Source: a virus
Lineage: Duplodnaviria > Caudoviricetes
IMG/VR virus record: IMGVR_UViG_3300002461_001214
Span: 1 to 53,654 of that record
Length of the DNA stretch: 53,654 nucleotides
Direction: 5' to 3' (one strand)
Every line of letters begins with the position of its first letter. The first letter of the stretch is position 1. Below are positions 46,773-53,654 of the stretch, piece by piece. The notes below the pieces were generated by a model. That model had not been told where the DNA came from. It searched no databases and saw only the letters and a list, made by a program, of their open reading frames with translations. The position numbers and the translations under genes were made by a program.

Positions 46773-48941
46773 TCAACGCAACGCCGCCTCTCCGAAATCT
46801 GCTTCAATGGTCGAGTGGGCGTGGTACTCGGCCGTCTTCCGGTAGCCGCCGAGCCAGATCGCATCGTCCGTCTGCAGCTCACCGCCCTCGGCCAATGTTG
46901 CTTCGAGCTGACGGGCCCGGCGGAAGCGCTGGTGGGGTGTTTCGGACAGCCGCAATGGCGTGACCGTCGACGGCTCCGGCGGCGCTAGATCGGCCTCGAT
47001 CTGAGCTTGGGCCACCGGGTCCAATCTGGGAGGCGTAAGGTGCTCGCCGCGGCGGATCGCAGCGATCTCCAGCCCGGCATCAAGCGCGGGCGTGCTGTGA
47101 ATCTCGGAGCGCGGCGGAAAGGCGACCAGGTTGCCGGCGGCTGCCGCGGCATCCTTGAGCCGGGCTTCCAGTACCGTGCGCTGGGTGATCGTCTTCCTGG
47201 CGTGCCGGGTCACCTGCGCCATATCGGCGTCGATCTTCGCCTTCTGGGCCGCACGGGTCTGCGCCACCAGCTCAGCCGGGTCGACGCCTGCGCGCTGTGA
47301 ATTGATCGCGCGGCCGATGAAGCGGTCGCCGGTCTCGTCGAAGAGCCAGGCCGTACCGGCATCCTGCGGATCCAGCCGCACGAAGACGCGCTCGCCGGGC
47401 AGGCAATCAGGCGTCAGATAGTGGAAGCCCCCAATCCGGACGCCGTTCTTGCTGACTGTGCGCGTGCCCTCGGCATCGGGCGCCTGCATCAGCAGCGTCG
47501 CGAGCGCATCAGCATCGACCGTGCGGATCGGCCGCGTCGAGGTCGCGGCGCGAGCGAAAGGCGTGATGCCGCCAAGGCCGCCATGACCGCGATGAGCATA
47601 GATCTCGTTGGCCCAGCGATCGACGATGCCCTGCAGGGCCTCGCCCGTCATGGTGACGTTGAAGGCGTCGTTGTCCTGCTGGCCCAGCCGGGCCGCGAAG
47701 GCCTTGCGGCCCTCGATCTTCTTGCGGTGGGCGACGCTGTGGCCGACGAAGCCCTCCAGCATGCGGGCGCAGTCGGTCTGGAAGGTGCGGATGTTGCGTT
47801 CGACGACGCCCTTTTGCCAGGGCGAGAAGGCATCCGAACGGATCGCCTCGATCTGGAGTTTGGCAAAGAGCCGGACCGTGGCGCGGGCGACGAAATCGGA
47901 GCCGTTATCCGTCTTCACCGCATCGGGCACGCCCCAGGCGAGGATGGCTTTGCGCATCAGCAGCTGCACAGATTCCGAGCGGGGCGTTTTCGAAACGAAG
48001 AGGCAGAGCCGGCGCGACCAGATATCGATGCAGACATAGATCGAGTGGCGGCCATCGACGCAGAGCGCATCGACGGGCGAAGCATCAATCTGCCAGAGCG
48101 CGTTAAGGTGCGGCGCCAGATGGGCATAGGAGCCCGAGGTCCGCATTTTCGAGCGGAAGCCGTCCGGATCCATCATCCGCAGCAGGCCGGCGGCGTGCTC
48201 GTGCTTCCAGGCCTTGAAACGGATTTCGAAGGCACGCTGCACCGGCAGCGCCAGCCCCTCGGCCGCCAGCCTCGCGCCGAATTCGGCCCGCACCGTCTCG
48301 TAGATCTGGCGCGCGGTGTAGAGCTCGTTGAAGGAGTGGACTGCGAGCGCGAAATGTTTGATCTCGCCATCGAAGGCGGCATCGAGCACGCCCTGGCCAC
48401 GCCGGCCAGCGCCCTTGTCGACCGCCAGACGCTCCGTCTCGCCGTCCCGCGCAGCCGAAAGCCAGCGCAGAAGGGAGCGCGTCGAGAGCCGCCCGACCGT
48501 CTCTTTCGCCCAGCCGGGCACATCGATGCGGCCGAGATTGTAGAGGTCGACGAAATAGCTGACGGCGACCGTCTGCTTCATCTCCGATGCGCGGATGAAG
48601 CTCTTCAGGGCGCCGAGGATGGCGAGCCGCGCATCCTGCTGCCGGGTCGCAGCGCTGCTGGTGCCCGTCGTCGGCTCGGGAGCGGCCTGGATCGCCTCCG
48701 CGGCTGCGCTTGGCTCGGACTGGGCAGGCGCGCGCATCGACAGATAGGCGACGCGGGAGGCCACGGGCAGCAGGTTGATGTGAAATTCGACGCCGCCGCC
48801 GCGGCCGGCGCGTTGCCGGCACAACGCTTTGAAGTTCGCCCACCCTTCGCGCTCGGCTAGGGCAATGACGTTCTTCCGCGTCGCCGGCATGCCCGGCAGG
48901 GCGAGATCGGCCAGCTCGGATGAGGTCAGCCACAGCTTCAT
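46773..48941 (-). CDS. MuA-like DDE transposase
   Basis: N-terminal Mu HTH (LPGMPAT...GRGGGVEF), WQIDASP, KTDNGSDF, KGVVER. Confidence 0.95.
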   Translation of the reverse strand: MKLWLTSSELADLALPGMPATRKNVIALAEREGWANFKALCRQRAGRGGGVEFHINLLPVASRVAYLSMRAPAQSEPSAAAEAIQAAPEPTTGTSSAATRQQDARLAILGALKSFIRASEMKQTVAVSYFVDLYNLGRIDVPGWAKETVGRLSTRSLLRWLSAARDGETERLAVDKGAGRRGQGVLDAAFDGEIKHFALAVHSFNELYTARQIYETVRAEFGARLAAEGLALPVQRAFEIRFKAWKHEHAAGLLRMMDPDGFRSKMRTSGSYAHLAPHLNALWQIDASPVDALCVDGRHSIYVCIDIWSRRLCLFVSKTPRSESVQLLMRKAILAWGVPDAVKTDNGSDFVARATVRLFAKLQIEAIRSDAFSPWQKGVVERNIRTFQTDCARMLEGFVGHSVAHRKKIEGRKAFAARLGQQDNDAFNVTMTGEALQGIVDRWANEIYAHRGHGGLGGITPFARAATSTRPIRTVDADALATLLMQAPDAEGTRTVSKNGVRIGGFHYLTPDCLPGERVFVRLDPQDAGTAWLFDETGDRFIGRAINSQRAGVDPAELVAQTRAAQKAKIDADMAQVTRHARKTITQRTVLEARLKDAAAAAGNLVAFPPRSEIHSTPALDAGLEIAAIRRGEHLTPPRLDPVAQAQIEADLAPPEPSTVTPLRLSETPHQRFRRARQLEATLAEGGELQTDDAIWLGGYRKTAEYHAHSTIEADFGEAALR

Positions 48942-49228
48942 GTGCGACGCTCCGGGAGGAGGGCGTCGAGAACCCAATGCATCTGAAGGGCATAACGCTC
49001 CAGCTCAGCGGCGCGCTCGTTGGCTTCTTTCAACGAAAATGCAGGACGAGGAACTGTGTTAAGGGCCGCAGCCGCCTGCGCGACGTAAGCGGCGGCGCCC
49101 AAGCGCCTCATCGCTCTACTCTGAGCACGGTTGAGGCCAATTGGCGTCGGGAAAGCCACAGCCACATCGCGCACCGCATCCACGAGGCGATGGATTGCCA
49201 ATCCGATATCGTTTTCATGTGGCTTCAC
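48938..49228 (-). CDS. Hypothetical early protein
   Basis: Coupled ORF upstream of the transposase. Confidence 0.55.
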   Translation of the reverse strand: MKPHENDIGLAIHRLVDAVRDVAVAFPTPIGLNRAQSRAMRRLGAAAYVAQAAAALNTVPRPAFSLKEANERAAELERYALQMHWVLDALLPERRT

Positions 49229-49549
49229 CGCTCGCCTCCCTTGTCGAAGCGAGACGCGCGCATACCGGCGACAATCTCGCCGATCTTGCTGTTCCTGAGA
49301 TCGTCATCGGTGAAGTCGCCACCGCATGTCCGGGCGAGGCGAGTCGTCTCCTCCTCGATGAGGCGAAGTGCAGCCGGGGTGAGCCCAAGGCTCTCCAGAT
49401 GGACTTTGCCCTCGGCGTTCAAGGAGGCCATTTCCTGCCGCAGCCGCTGCAGCTCGACGAGGAGTTCCTTTCTTGGTCGCGCGCAGACGGGCGAGGCTGG
49501 CATCGAGCCGCTCTCGCTCAAGCCGGAACTTCTTTTTGAAGTCGCTCAT
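49225..49549 (-). pseudogene. Hypothetical early protein, probably frameshifted near 49472
   Basis: MSDFKKKFRLERERL with GAGG RBS continues as KELLVELQRLRQEM in another frame. Confidence 0.45.
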
Positions 49550-49663
49550 GGGGTGACCTCGAAAGGGCGACGCGCGGCGAGGCCGGCCGGGGGGATGGCT
49601 ACCCCGCCGCGCGTGCCTCCTCCATGATGGGAGCTGCGAACCAACCCATCGGAGGAAGCTGAA

Positions 49664-50044
49664 ATGAACGAGGTATCCGGAGCGCTGAGCGAGCTTTCGA
49701 TCGCCCCAGACGGCTCGATCGCTTTGACGGTCCAAGGCCGCGACGGAAACGCAGCCGTCACCATCCCTGCCGACAAGGCTGTCGACAGCATCATGGCTCT
49801 TCTCCAAGGCATCGCGCGCGCGTCGGAGCGACCTGGTCCCGCGTATCAGATGATGCTGACCCCTCTGGGGATCGGCAGCGAAATCGTTGAAACAAGTGGC
49901 TTGGGGCCGGTTCCAGTGGTCCTACTAAGGATTGAACACTCGACTTTCCTTCGGTGTGCGATTGATCCCCAGCACATCCGACCACTCGCACAACAATTGC
50001 TTCAGCGTGCGGACGAGTTGGAACAGCGGGCAGCCAAGCAATAG
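49664..50044 (+). CDS. Antisense moron, hypothetical 126-aa protein
   Basis: GGAGG RBS; lower GC; opposes the early operon. Confidence 0.65.
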   Translation: MNEVSGALSELSIAPDGSIALTVQGRDGNAAVTIPADKAVDSIMALLQGIARASERPGPAYQMMLTPLGIGSEIVETSGLGPVPVVLLRIEHSTFLRCAIDPQHIRPLAQQLLQRADELEQRAAKQ

Positions 50045-50047
50045 CGC

Positions 50048-50944
50048 TCATGCCGCACCGCCCTTCTTGGCCTTCTCAGCCTTTGCCGGCGCCAGCGTCG
50101 CGATCCGTGCCTGGGCCATGGCGAGGACGGCTTGCGCCTGAGACAGCGTCATGCGGCAGATTTTCGCGTCGAGATCGACGAGAAGCCGATCGTCCCCACG
50201 CACGGCGTCCGCGGGGACGAGGCCGGCGCTGACGCGGGCCTTGGCGACGTTGCTGGCACGCCCCTCCGCGACCTCGCGAGCGGCCTTGACCTGCTCTGCC
50301 GGTTCGAGCGCGGCGAGCGCCTGCAGCTGCGCCTGGTTGTCGGCGAGCTTCGTGCCGCGGATCAGCGCGACGGCTTCGGGGGCCAGCTTCGCATAGATCT
50401 CACGCGTACGGTCGATCGAGCGGGTCGACAGGCCCGTGCGGCGGGCAGCCTCCTTCGAGAACGCCGACCAGTTCGCCAAGTTGGCGAACTGATTTTTCTG
50501 GCGCCACTTCTTCGACTTGCGGTCGCCGCCGTTTTTGGCGGCGGCGTTCTCAGCCTCGAAGATGTCGGCTAGCCTGCCGACGAAGATCGTGCGGTCGAGC
50601 GCGTCCAGTTCGTTACGGATCAGATTGGCGTGGATCTCGTGTTTGGCCCGCTCCGCTGGCGTAAGGTCGCGGACCACCGCCTTGATGGCGGCGCGGCCGA
50701 GCAGCTTGTGGGCCTCCAAACGGTGCTCACCATCTACGAGCACGTAGCGGTTGCCGGCGCCGGGTGTCGAGGCGACTGCTATGGCCTGGTGGAGATAGGT
50801 CTCGGCGATCGACGCGGCGATCATCTCGACATGGGAACGATCGACCAGTCGAAGCCGGTCAGCCACGTCGATCGCGGCGATCTCGATCTCGATTTCGTGG
50901 TCTGGCAGCGCGGGCGGACTCGAGAGGCTGAGGACGTCACGCAT
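50048..50944 (-). CDS. ParB N-terminal (ParB/Srx) domain protein
   Basis: LVDGEHRLEA, EIHANLIRNEL, GGDRKS, HTH-like ARRTGLSTRSI. Confidence 0.85.
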   Translation of the reverse strand: MRDVLSLSSPPALPDHEIEIEIAAIDVADRLRLVDRSHVEMIAASIAETYLHQAIAVASTPGAGNRYVLVDGEHRLEAHKLLGRAAIKAVVRDLTPAERAKHEIHANLIRNELDALDRTIFVGRLADIFEAENAAAKNGGDRKSKKWRQKNQFANLANWSAFSKEAARRTGLSTRSIDRTREIYAKLAPEAVALIRGTKLADNQAQLQALAALEPAEQVKAAREVAEGRASNVAKARVSAGLVPADAVRGDDRLLVDLDAKICRMTLSQAQAVLAMAQARIATLAPAKAEKAKKGGAA

Positions 50945-51195
50945 CAGGCGGCCCTCTTCATCGTGCGCGGGCGGCCTCGCCGGACGAGACGCTCGCCCGA
51001 GGCAGACCAGCGGTCGGGCCAAAGGATGTGAAGCGGGATTTTCAGCGCCTTGGAGATCGCCTTCTCTGCTGCAAGCTGGGGGCGCCTGAAGGCCGCCCTC
51101 AGCGCCACGTCTGTCACGCCGTATCGATCAGCGATGGCAGGCAAAAAGCGGAAGGGCGACTTCCGAACGGCGGCAAGGATATCTGCTTCGTGCAT
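50944..51195 (-). CDS. ner: Ner-like transcriptional regulator
   Basis: ADILAAVRK...AEKAISKAL.IPLHILWPDRW. Confidence 0.82.
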   Translation of the reverse strand: MHEADILAAVRKSPFRFLPAIADRYGVTDVALRAAFRRPQLAAEKAISKALKIPLHILWPDRWSASGERLVRRGRPRTMKRAA

Positions 51196-51288
51196 GCGGG
51201 CTATCCGATTGGCGGCCAGGGCCGTTTCCTGTTAACCGTTTAAGTAACGAACGCTACCGTATCTCTCTTTCGGACATATGCAAGCGCG

Positions 51289-51993
51289 ATGATGATCCAA
51301 TCAGATATTGATGACGCTGAAGAAATGGATATCGGCCTCTTGGGCCGCTTTTCGGATGTCTTAGACGGCATCGGCTCGCTCAGTGAGGCATCTGATCTGA
51401 CCGGAAATTCGGCTCAGCAGATATCCAAATGGCGAAAGGGAAAGGCCAAGCTGCCTTTTCGGCAGGCTGCGATTCTGGCTAAGGCGGCGGGCCGATCGGT
51501 GGATTGGCTCGCCTTCGGCGAGGAGACCGCGGTTCTAGGCCATCGGTCCGAGGATGAGGCGGCAGGACGCGTCAATGACGACGTGGTGTGGGTGCCTCTA
51601 CTCGATGTCATCGCATCGGCAGGGCCAGGGTTTGAGAACTCCGGCCCATTCGAACTGACCAGATTGCCTTTCCCCCGCGCTTGGTTGCGGCGGATGGGCT
51701 TACCCGAGCAGCATGCTCGCTTCCTGGGCAGCCGCGGCGACAGCATGGAACCAACCATCATGGACGGGTGGATAGTCTTGGTGGATGTGCGCCCTAAACA
51801 GGCTCGCGTCGACGGTATCTACGTGCTCGTTGACGGCAACAATGTCAGGATAAAACGCGTTGCGGTCGGCTGGCAGAACTCGATCGTGCTGATCAGCGAC
51901 AATGACAGGTATGCTTCGGAGACACTTGCTCCGCCGGATGCAGAGGCGTTGCGGGTCGCAGGCAAAGTGATTTGGGCAGGAGGTGAAATATGA
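51289..51993 (+). CDS. Prophage repressor, HTH + S24 peptidase
   Basis: SVDWLAFG, ASAGPG, GDSMEP, IKR; divergent from ner; true start may be 51325. Confidence 0.9.
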   Translation: MMIQSDIDDAEEMDIGLLGRFSDVLDGIGSLSEASDLTGNSAQQISKWRKGKAKLPFRQAAILAKAAGRSVDWLAFGEETAVLGHRSEDEAAGRVNDDVVWVPLLDVIASAGPGFENSGPFELTRLPFPRAWLRRMGLPEQHARFLGSRGDSMEPTIMDGWIVLVDVRPKQARVDGIYVLVDGNNVRIKRVAVGWQNSIVLISDNDRYASETLAPPDAEALRVAGKVIWAGGEI

Positions 51994-52361
51994 GGCCTTT
52001 GTTTATGGCTATTGCAGCCGGCCTGATCGCTGCGCCCGCTTTTGCCAGTCCTTTTACTATGGATATCGTTGATTTTCTGGTCGACGGGCGGGGGCTGGTC
52101 GGCCAGTTGGTAACTGTCACGGGCTGCAAATTCGGTCAGGCAGAGGCCGATATGATCATGTGCTCCAACAGAGCCGGGCGCGTCAGGGTCGACACTGACG
52201 AAATGCCACGAGAAGATCTTCGCCGAGCGATACGGGAATGCGCAGATTTTGCGCCCATGACTCCCGCGACATGCGCCGGCGCAGTGTCGGGGCTGGTCGT
52301 TCGGGATTCCGCCGGTCTCAGGATCACGAAGGCCGCCATTGGCTGGCGGCCTCCAAACTGA
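51990..52361 (+). CDS. Exported Cys-containing protein coupled to the repressor gene
   Basis: Signal peptide ending APAFA, four Cys, ATGA overlap. Confidence 0.72.
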   Translation: MRPLFMAIAAGLIAAPAFASPFTMDIVDFLVDGRGLVGQLVTVTGCKFGQAEADMIMCSNRAGRVRVDTDEMPREDLRRAIRECADFAPMTPATCAGAVSGLVVRDSAGLRITKAAIGWRPPN

Positions 52362-52366
52362 AGCGT

Positions 52367-52711
52367 TCAAGCCACCTTCAAATCGACTTCTCCGAGATCC
52401 CAGCTATCGGCGGGTCCGTCATCGGCTGCGACCAGGTTATCGACCTCGGCCGGCACAGTGCCATGGCGCGCGATGATCACAGCGTCCTCCCATTCGCCCG
52501 TCAGCGGTGAGCCGGTGCGCCGGAAGGCGACGACACCGGCGCGAATCTCGCGATAGCGCTCGAACAGCCGCATCGCATGGTCCTGGTCGCGCGCTGGGAC
52601 GGGATCATCGGCGCTGATCCGGCCCTTCGTTCCCTTCACCGCGCTGTAGGGCTGCACGACGAAATAGGTGAGATGCTCGACGGTCTCCCGCTTCTTCCTG
52701 GCTTTGCTCAT
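52367..52711 (-). CDS. Hypothetical protein
   Basis: AGGAG RBS; TYFVVQPY...GVVAFRRTG. Confidence 0.75.
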   Translation of the reverse strand: MSKARKKRETVEHLTYFVVQPYSAVKGTKGRISADDPVPARDQDHAMRLFERYREIRAGVVAFRRTGSPLTGEWEDAVIIARHGTVPAEVDNLVAADDGPADSWDLGEVDLKVA

Positions 52712-52775
52712 GACGCACTCCTGTTAGGCCCCGATCCCTATCGCCGAGGCTCGATTTAGGATTGCGCGCCTATGA

Positions 52776-52790
52776 GAACAGAGCAAGAAC
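52776..52790. promoter_or_regulatory. Alphaproteobacterial LexA (SOS) box GAAC-N7-GAAC
   Basis: GAAC AGAGCAA GAAC between two divergent genes. Confidence 0.7.
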
Positions 52791-52825
52791 AAATCCTGAC
52801 GCGGCGAGTCAGGAAGGGTGCAGTC

Positions 52826-53119
52826 ATGGGCAGGCGGAAGGGCGAGGTCACGGACAAGCGGCGCGACAGAACGCATCCCTTCCAGGTCGAGATGCTTGTG
52901 CCCGACACGGGGCTCGGCAACGCGCACGTGATCATGAGGCGCCTGGCCGCTCTGCACGATTACGAGACGACGCATCGGCGCGAGGGGATCCACCGGCTAA
53001 TGCGCTGGTGCTTCTGCACGCGCGCCGCCGCCGTCGCCTTCGCGACAGATTGCGGAGGCTTACGGGTCGACCTGCCCGTCGATCCGGTCGCGCTGAGGAT
53101 CAGTTCGACCAGCGATTGA
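52826..53119 (+). CDS. Hypothetical protein
   Basis: ATG 52826 after AGGAAGG; HPFQVEM...GLG...RWCF...AVAFA...GG. Confidence 0.65.
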   Translation: MGRRKGEVTDKRRDRTHPFQVEMLVPDTGLGNAHVIMRRLAALHDYETTHRREGIHRLMRWCFCTRAAAVAFATDCGGLRVDLPVDPVALRISSTSD

Positions 53120-53347
53120 GCGTGCTTTGAGTGCAAGTTCAACGTAACAGTTAACGCGGCGGCGGTAAGGAGCCCGCGCTCTCTTATGTGACTGACAATG
53201 CGTGGTTTTTTGGAAGTGTTACGGCGAGGCCCGCCACCCATGGAAAACGTAACAGTTCGCCCGGCCCCGGAGACCATATCTCAATCACTTAGCGGCGGGC
53301 CCGATTTCTGGCTTCCGGGATTTCTGGCTTTTGGGCCGCTTTTTCAG

Positions 53348-53497
53348 CGAACAATCAAATGGCAATGAAATCGGCCACCTACGGCTGTCGGCCCACCGGT
53401 AACACCCTGTGAACACGGTACAATCCGCTTTGCGCGCCTATGCGCTTCTATGCGCGGCAACGCAGCCCTCTATTGCCATCTGATTGTTCGTTTCACA
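53348..53497. repeat. Prophage left end: transposase-binding motifs
   Basis: Minus-strand copy at 53473-53490, 7 bp from the terminus as at the other end; plus-strand copy at 53348-53365. Confidence 0.88.
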
Positions 53498-53654
53498 CTA
53501 CGCCCTTCGGCAATTCGTCGAGCCGCGCCTCATGCGCGTCGAGCTGGCGCTGCGCCGCGCGCCAGAGCCGCGTCACCACGGCCTTGCGGCCCACGGACAA
53601 GCGCTTGCCCTTAGCGACCGGCAGCACCGGCGCGTCATCGTCTGGATCGGACAT
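53498..53654 (-). pseudogene. 5' part of the GTA first gene (putative small terminase)
   Basis: ATG at 53654: MSDPDDDAPVLPVAKGKRLSVGRKAVVTRLWRAAQRQLDAHEARLDELPKGV, continuing into AASESEAKALAV at 9062. Confidence 0.8.

Larger units (their letters stand above)
9068..53497 (-). mobile_element. Mu-like transposable prophage, 44,430 bp
   Basis: TG at 9068, CA at 53497, flanking CTACG direct repeats (9063-9067, 53498-53502), MuA/MuB, Ner, GemA, Mor-like and gp25-gp36-like genes. Confidence 0.96.

Noticed and set aside
51230-51246. TTAA pair in the ner/repressor intergenic region as a CtrA box
   Set aside because: Spacing is 4 nt rather than the 7 nt of TTAA-N7-TTAA; more likely promoter or operator sequence

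Overview
High-GC alphaproteobacterial DNA (Hyphomicrobiales-like, possibly Bosea; inferred) with two nested elements. (1) An RcGTA-type gene transfer agent head-tail cluster on the minus strand (1-9067 and 53498-53654), with two trypsin-like protease genes inserted antisense. (2) A 44,430-bp Mu-like transposable prophage (9068-53497; TG...CA ends, 5-bp target duplication CTACG, repeated 18-bp end motifs) inserted into the first GTA gene (putative small terminase), which rejoins to an intact 127-aa ORF when the prophage is removed. The prophage has Mu-type early, lysis and head genes and a P2-ordered contractile tail. The most striking feature is an antisense cassette at 40865-41793, where a SLATT-like 2-TM protein is flanked by three unannotated small ORFs that share a GPR-polyproline-(K/R)P motif. 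Also seen: three equally spaced late promoters, a LexA box, a -1 frameshift site, structured intergenic RNA candidates, several morons, and about 11 small frameshifting lesions (decay or assembly error).
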